DNA from: a virus
Taxonomy: Duplodnaviria; Heunggongvirae; Uroviricota; Caudoviricetes
Length of the DNA stretch: 64,000 nt
IMG/VR virus record: IMGVR_UViG_3300024272_001997
Direction: 5' to 3' (one strand)
The notes beneath the pieces were generated by a model, which did no database searches, had not been told where the DNA came from, and worked only from the letters and a program-made list of their open reading frames with translations. Position numbers and translations under genes: made by a program. This document shows, piece after piece, positions 48,795 through 63,172 of the stretch; position 1 is the stretch's first letter, and each line of letters starts with the position of its first letter.

Positions 48795-51700
48795 GTGGTA
48801 ATAGATTATGCTGAGGAACTGTTAAAAGCAGTTGATATAGTTGTAGAATAGCGTATTCGAAATATCCAAATGGATACTACAATTATTTGTACTGTTACTG
48901 ATAATACAGAAAAGAAAAGTGGCATATATCAGGTAACTGATGGTGCCGCAAAATTTACTGCCAAAACCGATGCCAATAGTAGATATTATAATGTCGGAGA
49001 TACTGTAAGAGTTCTTGCTATTAAAGGCGATTTGGGTAACTGTTATATTAGTGGTAAATATTCTTATAATGATGACAGTGATCCCTTAACTTATATTTCT
49101 CCATCTGAAACTGTTGTTGATATGACTGATAATCTGATTCCAGGTAAAGTAGATGCTTGGGGCATTACCGCAAATGGCGATGAAACTCAACTTCCTCTTT
49201 GGAGTGTAAATTTATCTAATTCAGATTATAAAGATTTACAAACTAACAGTATTTATAATACTCTTAATCTAAAGGCAGATTTTAAATGTCTTTTATCTAA
49301 TTATAAAATGAAAACAGGTACTTATGGTTTAATTTTACGATTAGATGTTAGACCAACAAATGATAATAGCCAAACAATTAGTCAATGGGTATCATTAGAT
49401 TCCACAGATATGTTTGGTAATCCATATGCATTTATGGTATATTCTACACAAGAAGCCACATTCGATATTTCTGGATTGGGCACAATTGAAAGTCTTCAAT
49501 TATTTTTATATCAAAATGATGATTTTGAATTTTATAATGATAAAGGTTTCCCTGAGCGGTTACCTGCGGTTGATTTCAGTAATATTCTTGTGAAGAATAT
49601 TTATTTGAGTTTTGGCTCAGATTTAACTAAAGTAGAAGATAATACTTTACAAATTTATACTGGCGATAGTGCTATTTATAATATTAGCGACGATGGTAGT
49701 AATTCTCGTGACATCGGATTGCTATGGTATAATAAAGACGAAGATAATACTTATATTGGTTTTAGTGATGGTATTTATGACCCCGGTTATGATGAAATTA
49801 CTTATTTAGAAATAAGTGAAGTTGATAGTCGTTTGGTCGCTCAAATGGGCAAGGACGTTCCTAATGATGAAATTGCATTAGGGATTTCAGCTGATATTGA
49901 AGAGGCTCAACCGATTTTCAAAAATCTTCGTAATGCTTTAACAAGAGATTTAAGAAATAACTTAACTTCTTATCGAGATTAGATTCAATCAATTGAGACT
50001 TTTAAAGACGATTTTGAACTTCTGTTATCTGAAATTTCAATTGTCGGTTAGCAAATTGAAGAAGATCAAAAAACTATGACAGAAGAATATGCTACAATTT
50101 TATCTGCGGCAAAAAAAATTCAAGATGGTATTGTTGTAGCTAAACCAAATCAAACTGTTACAATTGATAAGATAAAAGAAAAAGTAAATTCTGTTATTGG
50201 GGATACAGATGCTTTATTGTCAGCAACAGAGACTGAAATAAAAGATAAATATACTGGTTTTGTAAGTATATATGATACTTATGAGGCTCGTATTGAAAAA
50301 GTCAAAAAGTCAATTACTGGTTATATCGATCAGCTGAATGCATTATTAGCTGATGATGCCAATAAGATGGATGCTTTCTTCCTGCCAGGTTATAATTTTG
50401 AGCCTTATGGAAGAACTGATTTTAGTGAATATGATAATAAATACTGTATTTACTGGTATCGGTATGAACCTGGTTATGCTAACTTAGAAGAAAGATTCCT
50501 TGAAACAGGATGGCATAGATTATCAAAAAAATTAAATGTTGGATTGCCTTCTGCAAAACTAAGTGAAGATAGTATTTATAATGCTAAAAAAACATTAAAT
50601 CCAGAAGGAATTTTAGAAGTAGAATTAGATACTCAATACGTAGAAGAAAAATATATGGCAGTATTATTCTTTAATCATAATATGTATAAGAGTAATATTC
50701 TAACTTTTACAAATGCAAATCCTCCTGTAGATGAGAAGATTGTAGACTAGGCTGATGCTTGTCGCATTGAGCATGGAGATAACTCTCAACCTTCTTATCA
50801 AGTTTATGGATTAAATAACTTATTAGTAAATGCGGCCGATGGTTATCGTAAACGCGAACTGTTATTGCGCTATGAGGGCTTGACCGCAGGTGATGAAGCA
50901 TTATACGGAGCGCAGATTTTCTGGTACATTCCTAAAAATTCAACTATGTTGAAATATGAACTTGAAGATTTTGACAGTTCTTGGTCTAATGATGAAAAGG
51001 CTATGCCTGGAGTAACTTCTCCTTATTCTAAGACTGGTTATGTATGCTTCTATAAAACAATCGGTGGTACAGAAAGCACTGACGAAGATGGAAAAGTTCA
51101 TTATGAAATTGCAAATCGAGACAGATATTTTACATACCGCATAAAAGATTATTATTCTCAAAGTTTTACAAATAATACAATTTATTGTAGAGTTGTAAAA
51201 CCTAATTATTATGACTGCAATGCAGAGATTTCTTTAATATTTAGTAGCTTTGGTACTTCTGGAACAGATTATACTTTAGTAATTTCTCCTAATACCGCAA
51301 AAGCTGCGGCAGATGGTGTATTAGAAGATGGAGCTAATCTTCCTCTTGGTCTGGCATTATATGATTATGATAATAATCGAATTAAGATTTTGGATAGTGC
51401 TCCGGCAGTTGATAATCCAGATCCATACTTAGCAAGTTTAGAATGGATTGGTCCTACTGGATATTATGCCGCACCAGTCTACAATAGTGATCCTAAAGGA
51501 TATGGTGTTGAAAGAATTAATATCACCTTAAAAGAGAGCGAAGGTCCATTGCAAAAATACTATAATGGTATTTTGAAAGCGACAGTCCCTTACCCTATTG
51601 ATGAATTAGGTGAAATTATCAATTTAATTTCTATTTATACTGTTCCTTATACAGCTGGAAATTATTATATTGAAGGTCCTGGTATTGTAGTTTATAACTC

Positions 51701-54374
51701 TGATGGAGTTAATCCTACTTATTATAAAAATCCATATAAGATTTTTAGACGTAAGGAAGAAACTGATGCTGATGGTAATGTAATCCATGAAGCTGATTCT
51801 GAAGTTACTGGTGTAACTTGGAAGATTATGTATTATAAAGAAAATGGCGATATTATGACTGCCACAGATTGGGGTCAATCACAATATGCTGTTTTACAAA
51901 GTTATATGCCTAAATTGAATGAGCGAAATTGCTTGATTCCTTGTCATATTTTCTTAGAAAATAATGGTGGTACAATGGTTTATCCAGTTGTTACTTGTGA
52001 AGATGAGGATGCAGTAGTAATTTGGGCTCAGCCAATTTATTGTATGAAAAATAGATACGCTTCTGCTATGATCAATAAATGGGACGGTAGTCTAGTTATT
52101 GATGAAGAGAATGGAACTATTATGTCTACTATGGTAGGTGCGGGCCGCAAGAACTCAGAAAACCAATTTGAAGGTGTTTTACTGGGCGATGTAAATACCG
52201 CCTCTGAAGATAATGCTACTGGCGTAGGCTTATATGGTTTCCACAAAGGAGCGCAAAGCTTTAATTTCAATGTTGATGGTACTGCTTTTATCGGTAAATC
52301 TGGTAGAGGTAGAATCAAGTTTGATGGAAATACAGGTACTATTACAAGTGCTTCGTATGAACAAGCAAAAGATTCTTCTGGAATGAAAATTGATTTAGAT
52401 GATGGTATCATTGACATGAAAGGAGATAAAATTGATGCTACTACTGGTAAGTATGTAGCAGATACTGCAAGTCATATTCATATTGATGTAAAAAGTCCTT
52501 ATTTCAAGATTGATAGTGTTAAAGGTAAAACTTTAATGTTTATCGGCGGAGAGAAAGAAGGATATTATTTACAATCTGACGAATATAATGAAACAAAATT
52601 TACTTTGAATGAGACTGAATCTAATGGCTTAACTACACCAACTACTGATACTACTGGTACCGGTATGCGATTGGATTTAAAAAATGGTACATTAGATGCA
52701 TTTGATTTTTATTTAACTTCAAAGAATGTAATGTTAAATTCAAAAGATTCAAGTAAACCTTATTTTGTTATTAAAGATAATTGTAACAATATGCTTATGC
52801 ATATTGGTGGTACTAAGTTCTGGCTAAAATCTGCTGATTATAGTGAGACTGCAGCTGGTGAACCTGAATCTGGTATGAAAATTGATTTATCTACTGGTAA
52901 AATTGATGCTTTTAATTTTTCATTAGTTTCTAGTAGAGTTAAATTGAGTACTAGCGGAACAGTAACAAAACCTTATTTAGAAATTGTTGGTAATGATATA
53001 ACTTTAATGCATATTTCTGAAGCGGGACAATATATTCGTTCTAATACTTTTATTCGAGAGGCTGCTGGTACTCCTGGAACAGGTATGGAAATTAATCTTG
53101 GTACTGGAGAATTTACAGCTTATACATTTAATTTAAAAGCTGGTAATGCTTCTACTGGTCAATTAAGAATTGATAGTAGTGCCGCACAATATCCTTTGTG
53201 GATAGGTACAATTGATAAAACCTATGATCCTGAAAATGATGATCCAGAAGATATAATTCCTAATTTTAAAGTTGATTGGGCCGGCAATTTTTATTCACAA
53301 GGTGGTAAATTTACCGGAGCAATTCATGCAACTAGCGGTACTCTTGGTAGTTTAACTGTTAGTGGTGTTTTGACAGGTGGTACTATTTCAGGTGCTACTA
53401 TTGAAGGTGGCGTGTTAAAAGTAGGTCCAACCTCAGGAGAAACTGGTTATCAGTTATATGCTGATAACAAAGAGGTTGTAATTAAAAATGCAAAAATTAT
53501 AAATTGTGATATTTAGAGCGGCGATGGAGCTCCCACAGGTACTGGTGGATTTAGTGTCACTCCAGCGGGTATTATGAAAGGTTTTGGTTGTAGTTTAACA
53601 AATGGATCTTTTACCACTTGTACTGTAATTGATTCTTTATATATCGGAGGAACTGTGGATGGAAAGACCGTTTCTGGCAATATTTATTTAAATGGTAATA
53701 ATAAAATATATTTTGGTTCTGGTACTGGTAATTATTTATATTTTTCAGATGATGGTCGTGTTTCAGTAAGTGCTTTAACGGCTTTTTATGCTAATAAAAT
53801 AAATGCTTCAAAAATAACTGCTTATCAAATTGTTGGTGCGCTAGAATCGAATGGCATGGAAGACTATAATACTCAAGTGTTATTTACTTCAGGAGCAAAA
53901 GTAAAAGGTCATTATTTATCAGCAGAAAATTCTTCTGGAGCTTTACTATTTTCAGCAGGTGATAATACCGCTGGTTTATATGCTAGTAGCGTTTATTTAG
54001 GTGGTACTAAGACCGCTTCTGTTAATGTAGCAGATGGTAATGGTAGTGTTGTAAGCTTAGAGGCATATATAAAATCAATAATAAAAGATAGCGTTACAGT
54101 ATCTGTGACTTCTGGAGCTAGTGATACAACAGTAACTGGTGGAACAGATGGGGTTTATACAGTAACAACAACAGATAATAAAACTGTTACAGCATCTTAG
54201 ACAATTTGTTGTTATACATATACACAACCTTCTGGAGGTTATTTTTCTACTACTGAAACAGCTGGTAGTCCGCCATCAGGTTCTTACTATACTTATTGTA
54301 CTAAAGATAAATCTCAAACAAAAGATGTTTCAACTTCTGGTACAATTCAAGTAGCTGTTACTATTAAAGATTAA
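48795..54374 (+). CDS. giant distal tail / baseplate-fibre protein (about 1860 aa; GTG start at 48795 or ATG at 48870) with about 5 in-frame TAGs
   Basis: Track ORFs 48870, 50076, 50865, 53574 all frame 0; no TAA/TGA until 54372-54374. Confidence 0.5.
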
Positions 54375-54399
54375 AAAGGAGAAAAAGGAGATATACGTT

Positions 54400-54765
54400 A
54401 TGAAAATGACAAATTTAGAAATTTATAATACTGCAAGTCACCTTATGGAGGCTTTCAGTGATGGTAATCAAAAATTACCTGTTAAATTGAATTTCTTCTT
54501 ACAGAAGAATAAAAAGACTTTATTGGGTTTAGCTCAAGAAATTGAAGAGGCTCGTTTGAATGTTGCTAAAGAACTCGGCGTTCAAAATGAAAATGGTGGA
54601 TATACCGTCGAACCTGAAAATGTTGATAAGGCCCAAGCTGAATTAACTCAGTTGTTTAATATTGAGCAAGAGGTTGACATTGCTATGATTAGTTATGATG
54701 ATCTCGATCCTGGTATGACAATGACTGCTGCCCAGATGGAAGCATTATTGTTCATGATTAAGTAA
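54400..54765 (+). CDS. hypothetical tail-associated protein (121 aa), TAG-free
   Basis: Track ORF; AAAAGGAGATATACGTT-ATG. Confidence 0.5.
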   Translation: MKMTNLEIYNTASHLMEAFSDGNQKLPVKLNFFLQKNKKTLLGLAQEIEEARLNVAKELGVQNENGGYTVEPENVDKAQAELTQLFNIEQEVDIAMISYDDLDPGMTMTAAQMEALLFMIK

Positions 54766-54769
54766 TTAT

Positions 54770-54806
54770 ATGGGCTACTGGAAATTTTCCAGTAGCCCAA
54801 TTTTTT
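54770..54806 (+). terminator. rho-independent terminator
   Basis: GGGCTACTGGAAAtttTCCAGTAGCCC followed by AATTTTTT. Confidence 0.7.
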
Positions 54807-54827
54807 AGAGAGAAAGGAGTTAGAGTT

Positions 54828-57674
54828 ATGAAATTACATCCACCTGTTATAGATGGTAAATTACCTGCTTTTGCGGGAACCTCAATGAATATTCCTTTTA
54901 TGTTGAATCGTGCAGTTGCTCTATCTGATTTGAATGAAGCCACTCCACTAAAATTGAAAATTAAAACTGTAAAAACCAACAGAGAGATTGGTACTTTTAG
55001 TGGTCAATATATATACAATAAAGCTACGGGTAATTATCATGCTAACTTTATTTTATCTGAAAAGAAAAATGAAATAAAATTTGGTACTTTTTATAAAGTT
55101 CAAATTGCTTTTGTTTCTAAGGATAATACTGTGGGTTATTATTCTACCGTAGGAATTATTAAATGTACTACATACCCCATCGTAAAAGTTTAGGGACAAA
55201 GTGATAATTTATCTAATAGTTATGAATATGTTGGTGTTTATCAACAGCCAAGCGAAGGTAATAAGTATGATACAACAGAAAAAGCTTACTCTTATTGTTT
55301 TGAATTAAGGGACATTGATGGAAATATTGTTTCTACAAGCGGAACTCAAATTCATAATAGCTCTTATGATACGGAGCCAGAAGAGATGCATGACCACTGG
55401 GTTTTGCGAAAGAATTTGAAAGAAGGAGTTCCTTATTATCTTACTTATAAAGTAACTACTACCAATGGATTAGAATGTGAAAGTCAAAGTTATCCAATTG
55501 TTACTCAAGAAAGCGTAGACTCTTCTCTTCAAGAGAAATGTGATTTAATTGCCACTTCTAATTTTGAAGATGGTTTTATTCGTTTAAGTTTACGTCCAAA
55601 AGTGAAGCATGGTGTTATTGATGGTAGCTTTGTTTTGTCTCGTTCTTCTAGCGAAGATAATTTTGATAGCTGGAATGAGATTTACCGATTCTCTTATAAA
55701 AATCTTCATGTATATGGAGATATTGGAGAATCTGCGGACTTATTAACAACTCACCCAGATTTTTGGGATAAGAATGATTTAATCCTTTGGGAAGATTTTA
55801 CTGTGCAACAAGGTGTTCAATATGTTTATTCTATTCAAGCATTCAATGCTCAAGGATTATTTTCTAATCGAATGATAAATCATAAATGGACACTAGCTTA
55901 TCGTGACAATGATATGAATGCCGCAGGCGACTATGAAGAGCCTGATGGTTATGATGAATACCGCAGAGGATATTATTTTGACAGCACTCCAGAAACTATT
56001 ACAGTTGATTTTGAAGATATGTTCTTATTTGATGGCTCTCGTCAATTAAAGATTAGATTTAATCCAAAGGTTACTTCTTTTAAGTCTACTGTTTTGGAAT
56101 CTAAAATTGATACTTTAGGCGGTAAATATCCATTCGTATTTAGAAATGGTAATGTAGAATATAAAGAATTCCCTGTATCTGGATTATTATCTCTCATTAG
56201 TGATCCAAATGAGTTCTTCTTAAAAGGTATTTAGACTGAGAAGTTATTATATCGTTCTTAGGCTAATGGCGATGAAATTATCGGTCCAGGAGATACTCAT
56301 GTAACTATGGATAATTTACGCAGAGAACGCGAATTTAAAATGGAGGCTTTGTCTTGGCTAACAAATGGCAAGCCTAAGTTGTTCCGCTCTCCTAGCGAGG
56401 GTAATTTTATTGTTCGTATTATGAATGTATCCATGTCTCCACTTGATGTAGTGGGACGTATGCTTCATAGCTTTAGCGGAACTGCTTACGAGATTGCGGA
56501 ATGCACTTTTGATAATCTAAATACATATGGATTTATTTCTGCTCCTGATAGAGATAATCGCGATCTGAAAATCGGTTAGATTAGACTTGCGGACGCCGCA
56601 GATCCCAAAAAAGATGTACAAGGATTTAGTGCAGAAGGTAATAAAATTACCACTCCCGCAATTTATCGAGCTAGCTTTACTGGTGTCGCTCCTGGAACAA
56701 TTTTTGCATTAAACTTTGAAGATGGATATGGTAATGTTGAAATTGAAATTGGCTATACGGGTACTTATTATGTACAAGTACAGGATAAACCAATTACTTC
56801 AATTACTTTATTAAAATCCGCAGATATTGATAAATTAGATTATACTAAGAAACCTGAGACCGATGATTGGAGAGACGCATATTTAACTTTCTGTTATTAT
56901 GATAGTAATCCTACTGATAATTTTAGTAAGATTACAAGCATCGCAGTACAAGACGAATTTAGACAATTTATTGGCACTGGCTTTAATGCTAATCTTATTT
57001 CTTTTTTGGAAGATATTCGTCGATAGACTGGTAGATTCCATTATTTGCGAATTAGCGAAAGACCAATTCGTCAGATTTATAAAGATAGTAACGGAGTTTG
57101 GTTCTTTAATCCACAGTTCACCGATCGTATATATGATACTGAATGGGATGCTAGTGTAATTTATCAAGTCGGAAATTCAGGAACTTATTATAGCGGTAAA
57201 CCTCGTTCTCCCATGGGTAAGCCTGATTATCGTCTAAAGATTGTAAATGGTGATGGCGAGTATGAGGATGAAATCAAATTCGATGGTAGAAAATCACCTG
57301 GCATCGAATTAGATAAATGGTGGCCTACTAATTCTTATAATAATGGTCGTATCAATAAATCTTCTGGTACTCACAGTAGAATTGATGCGATTACTGGTGT
57401 TGATAAAATTGATGGAATTTATATTGGCACTGGTTTAATGGTTGAGATGGCTTATCGTGTTAAATTCTTAGGATATGATGTTGAGACTAGTAGTAGTGCA
57501 GTTAGAAATGCTAAAGCAACTTGGCAGGCTGCAATTGAGAATTGGGAAGCTGTCACTGGTGATGCAGAATCTACCAGAGAACAAATTGATGCTAGTTTAC
57601 AACAAATTGAATCTGCTTATGCAAAATATATAGAAGCACTTGAATATGCTTTGGCACAGGAGGTTGAAGATTAA
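54828..57674 (+). CDS. tail/baseplate protein (about 948 aa) with about 6 in-frame TAGs
   Basis: Track ORFs 54828, 55386, 56307, 57045 share frame 0; ends TAA 57672-57674. Confidence 0.5.
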
Positions 57675-60571
57675 TGGTTTATGATAAAAATTTTTTATTA
57701 GAGTTAGATAGAGATAAAAACAAAACCATTTATGCTCGTATCACAGCTTTGCGCTTTGATGAATCTCCTATTGAATTTATTGAAGGTCGTGTAACGCAGG
57801 GTTCCATCAATATCGATGGAACCTCTGCCATCAGACGCTCTTGTTCTTTAACCATGGTCGCCGCAGATTTTGATTATCGAAATTATTATTGGGGACTGAA
57901 TACTAAATTCAAGTTAGAAATTGGATTGGAAAATTATATCAATCCTGCCTACCCAAAAGTATGCTGGTTTGATTAGGGTGTCTTTTTAATTACTCAATTT
58001 AATACAAGTCGTAATGCCTCAAGTTTTAATATTTCTGTATCTGGTAAAGATAAGATGTGTTAGCTAAATGGTGAAATTGGTGGTAATTTTGAATCTTCTG
58101 TTGATTTCGGTCAAATTGAAGAACAAAATCCTGATGGCTCTTGGAAAATTACTAAACTTCCAATTCATCGTATTATTCGCGAAATGATTCACCAATACGC
58201 CGGAGAGCCTTTTCACAATATTATTATCAATGATTTAGAAGAATATGGTTTAGAGCTTTTAGAGTATCAATACGATGTTCCAATGTTTTTATACAGACAT
58301 ATTGATTCTCCAATTTATACAAACGCTTTATTAAAAGGTGAAGTCGAATGTAAGGTAGACAGAGTTAATCCAGAAACAAAAGAAGTAGAGCGAGTATCCA
58401 TTCAAGTAAAAGATTTAACTAATACAGAATTAGAAATGTTAGTTGATCCATTGACTGGAACACCTAATCCCTCTGAAGTATGGATTTGGGACAGTGAAGA
58501 AAAGCAAGATATTCCTTATTATTTTGCTAAGATTGAAACTAATTAGACTGCAGGTTATCGAACTACTGAGTTAACTTACCCAGGTGATTTGATTGCGGCC
58601 GCAGGTGAAACAGTTACTTCTGTTTTAGATAAGATCGTAAATATGCTTGGTGAATTCGAGTATTTTTATGATTTATAGGGACAATTCATTTTCTAGAAAA
58701 AGCGTTCTTTTGTCAATACTTTATGGTCTCCATTGGTTGATAGTAGTTCCGATGATGAGGATGGTTCTTATGATGAACAATATGTAGAAAGCTTGGCGAT
58801 TGCTTCCTCTCAAAGTTATGTATTCCATGAAGGAGAGCTAATTACTGCTTTCAATAATAATCCTAATTTGACTAATATGAAAAATGATTATTCAATTTGG
58901 GGTACTCGTGCTTCCGTTCAAAATACTGAAATTCCAATTCATATGCGCTATGCAATTGATAAGAAACCAACCTTCTACCGCACATATGACGGAAGTAAAT
59001 TCTTTACAACTGAGAAAAAAACTGATGAAGATTTATATAATGAAATCTTTAGCGAGCTATATGAAGAATTTACTAAAAAGCCAAATCCAAATGGATTACC
59101 GGAAGATTGGTGGGATATTATGGATTGGGCTGAAAGATATAAAATGCTAAAAGGTTTTTATCCTCCTGGACGTATTGGCCAATACTGTTCTGAAGCAGTA
59201 AGTAAAAGAATTGATTTAAATTCTTATTTCCCTGCTCCTCCTGAGGATTAGAATTTGAATGATAGTAGAGGTAAATGGAATCATTATCGTGACATTTATA
59301 TCTTTGATGTAGAAAGTGATGGAACTCTTGGATATTATGGACATTATAATGGATGTACTCATTATTATGAATATTTCTTAGAAAGAGCGTTAGAAGGATT
59401 AGGAACTTCTTACATTTATAAGCCAGAAATTCCCGAATCTGAAGGCGGCGATGTAAGTAATATTGTTGTTGATATTATGAAAAATCGTGTTTATAATCAA
59501 GATTGGCGAGAAATTATTTATCAAATGGCTTTAGACTATTATCAGCATGGTCAAGAAGAAGATTTTGAGCAACGGATTATTGAAAATAATTATCCTTATT
59601 ATCCTACTGGATTGACTGGATATGAATCTTATTATATTGATTTACAAGGCTTTTGGAGACAGTTATATTATCCCATTGAAAGAACTGTGCAAGAATACCA
59701 AGATGAAAAAGCAAAATTAATGGAAGAGAAAGGGTTCATTGGAAATTTTATTTATACTCCTGAATATATTGAAGAGAACAAAGAAGCATTATCTAACCTA
59801 GATAAGAAATTTGATTATTTCTTCTATGTAAGAAAAGAAAAGGACGAAGAAGGCGTAGTGCATGAGCTAGATCGATTTGGACCTGAGCAAGAAGAAGATG
59901 AAACAGATGACGCTTATGCGGAAAGAATAGACGCATTGTTATTACAATTCCAAGATGCTTTATACGTCACTTTAACTGAAATTGAAGAGCTTATTGCGAA
60001 GTGCGATACAAAAATTGAAGCAGTTGAAGAAGAAAGCTCTTATTATTATACCAAAGATGAACTTTATCCTCATTGGCGTAAAGATGTTTATGAATCTCCT
60101 TAGAGCTTGAATTTCTGGTTTGACTTTTTAGATACAGATGGAGAACTGGCACAATTCAATGTGTAGAATGTCGGTCGTAGGCCAAAAGTTGTAAATGATT
60201 CAAGTGTAAAATCCATTTATTTTAGAGATACACCGGACATTATTTTTAGAACTGCTGATGAGGGAGAAATAATGACTGGTTATAGATACATTTAGGCTCC
60301 AATGATTGAGACCATGTTTAAGATTAGTACTCAAGGCAAATCCGCAAAAGATAAGTTAGATGAACTAATTTATACTCATGGATATTGCATTGAAAATGCT
60401 ACAATTACAACTATTCCAATCTATTATTTGGAACCTAATATTCGTGTGCATTTATATGACAACGAAACCAATCTATGCGGAGATTATATTATTAGCAAAT
60501 ATACTATTCCATTAGCATATAATGGAACAATGAGTATTACTGCTACTAAAGCCGCAGAAAATATTGTTTAA
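57674..60571 (+). CDS. tail/baseplate protein (about 965 aa) with about 9 in-frame TAGs
   Basis: ATGA overlap with previous stop; track ORFs 57674, 58184, 58733, 59255, 60302 share frame 2. Confidence 0.5.
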
Positions 60572-60587
60572 AAGGAGGACGGACGAA

Positions 60588-60956
60588 TTGAAAGCTATTA
60601 GACAATTTAGATATTATGGATCTGATTTGATTAATAATGAATTTGCCAAAATAAATAATTATCCAAATGATCCTTCTTTCCCAGAAAGATTGATCGGTGG
60701 TAATATTTTTAATGAATATAGCGCAATCACAAAGCTTGGTATTCAAGGTCGTCCAGGTACAATGTTCTATTTGAATGATAGTAATTACCCAATCGTCATT
60801 GGCGAGACAGGTATTTATGAGATTGATTTAGAAGGTTATGGACAGATTTTCCGTATCAAATTTGACGGTCCTTCATTGAAGTGGTACGATGAAGATGGCA
60901 AAGGCGACCGTCTTCTAATTGACATTGTATTTGAAGGGTCAGGTGGAAGCGCATGA
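60588..60956 (+). CDS. hypothetical protein (122 aa, TTG start), TAG-free
   Basis: AAGGAGG 8 nt upstream of TTG at 60588; ends TGA. Confidence 0.45.
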   Translation: MKAIRQFRYYGSDLINNEFAKINNYPNDPSFPERLIGGNIFNEYSAITKLGIQGRPGTMFYLNDSNYPIVIGETGIYEIDLEGYGQIFRIKFDGPSLKWYDEDGKGDRLLIDIVFEGSGGSA

Positions 60957-63109
60957 GTTTTTATGGTAGCATATATTACCAATTAGTTGATGCTTTCAAT
61001 CGACTATGGTTTAGTAACTAGGGAAAAGACAGCATTATTTTCCCCGGTGAAGATAAATTAGTAAATCCAAATCCTGCTGAGGGTGTTCCAGAAGATACTT
61101 TTGAATATCATTCTCCTGGACGCCAAGGTGTTATCGACTTAAAGTCTGGTAACAGATGGATTGTTTTTACTTAGAATGAAGAAGATAAATCTTTCAAGAT
61201 TTGGCATAGAGAAGCAGATGCCGAGAGTAATGTTCCTGGTAATGGTTTTTATCATGTTCCAAATATGTATTTGGTTGTTTAGCAAGATGGAGAAAAAATC
61301 GAATAGGTTATTGATAGATGTATTCAAGAAACTTCTGACAGAATTGCAGAAGAGGGCGGAACTTTTACTTTAGAAGAGGGCTGTAGAGTAGTTGTTGAAA
61401 TTCCAAGCAAAGAAGATAATGTTGATCCTTCTCATGCAATCTATAAATATACTATTGATGGTGAATGGGAAGAGGAATTAGAAGCAACTCAAGGAATGGT
61501 AACCATTCTAAATCCCGATGATTTCTTTGTAACTACTGAATCTTATGCTGTAGATGGAGCAGGACATATGATTCCTGGTACTCGTCATTTATACAAGATG
61601 CCAAAGTCTGATGTTCAAGAAGAAATTGATGCTCTAAAGGCTCGTATGACGAAGAATGAAGAGCACGATGGAGAGCAAGACGACGATATTGATCTATTGG
61701 AAGAATATGTCGGTGATTGGAATCTATACAGAGGCGCAACCAATGATAAAGGATTTAATTATTGGATGCCGGGTGTCTCTGATGCCATTGGCGATATGTG
61801 TGAATTAATCGCAGGTCACCAAAATACTTTTAATGAAGATGGAAGCGTCAAAGATGTTTGGTCTGACTGGGAAGACCATCGTGATGTTAATATTGCTCGT
61901 GTTATCGGTAACTTAACACTATTAAGAGAAAGCTTAAAATCTTTTGATAATGCTCATTTTAGAGTTGATGATACTAAAATGAGTGATATTAGCTTGATTG
62001 ATGTTATTTTGTATATTAAAGATAATTTAGTTGCGACAAATACAACAACTCTTACTGGTCATAAAGGAAGACTTGATAACTTAACTGACGATATTAATAG
62101 ATTAACTTCAGATACTTTAGCTTTGACAAAACGTGCAGATGACTTAGAAGCAAAAGATATTGAAATTGAAGCTGATATTGATGCAATTAACGATCCTGCT
62201 ACTGGCATTTTGATTACTGCTAAAAATTATACTGATAGTTTAGCCAATGGCGCTGTAAAAGCAAATACTGATGCCATTGCCGCGATTAATGATCCTACTA
62301 CAGGTATTTTAGCAAATGCTAAGTCTTATACTGATAATTTAGCAAATGGAGCAGTAAAAGATAATACTAATGCTATTACCGCAATTAATGATAGTGAAAC
62401 TGGTATTTTAGCAAAGGCTAATAAGTATACAGATGAATTAGCCAATGGTGCAGTAACAGATAATGCTAATGCTATTATTGCAATTAATGATGGCGAAACT
62501 GGTATTTTAAAATCTGCAAATAATTACACTGATGATGAAATTGATAAATTAGATTATACTGACAGTGCTGCCGATGGACAATATGTCTATTCTGTAAATG
62601 AAACTGATGGTATTATTGCAGTTGAGCATAAAGCTCTTCCTACTTATACTTTAACTTCTGGTAGTACCAATGGTACAGTCGCTTTCAATGGATCTGATGT
62701 AATTGTAAAAGGATTAGGTACTGCTGCTTATTCTAATACAGACGCTTTTGATGCGGCTGGTGCGGCCGCAACTGCCAAGAACGAGGCAATTGCTGCAGCT
62801 AAAACCGAAACTGAAAATCAGATATAGGCATTAACTGAAGGCGCTATTGCAACTGCCAAGAGTGAAGCAATTGCTGAAGCCAAAACTGAAACTGAAAACC
62901 AAGTAAAAGCATTGGCTGAAGGTGCTGTTGCAGACAACAGTGCAGCAATTGAAGATTTAGAATTATTGCTTCAAAATTACAATGAACTGGTTGCGAAGGT
63001 AGCTGAGCTAGAAGGCAGAATTGCTGCCCTAGAACCCGCACCCGAAGAACCAGATCCAGAAGAACCAGATCCCACTCCAGGAGATGAAGGTTCTGAACCC
63101 ACTACATAA
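60953..63109 (+). CDS. tail fibre protein (about 718 aa) with about 5 in-frame TAGs and four tandem repeats of about 32 aa
   Basis: ATG overlaps previous TGA; repeats AINDxxTGILxxAxxYTDxLANGAVxxNxxAI at 62190-62520; C-terminal coiled-coil and Pro/Glu-rich tail. Confidence 0.55.
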
Positions 63110-63172
63110 TTTCTTTCTATTGAGAAATTAATATATATAAGTAAATAATTTTTAGGAAGGAGAGAGATTATA

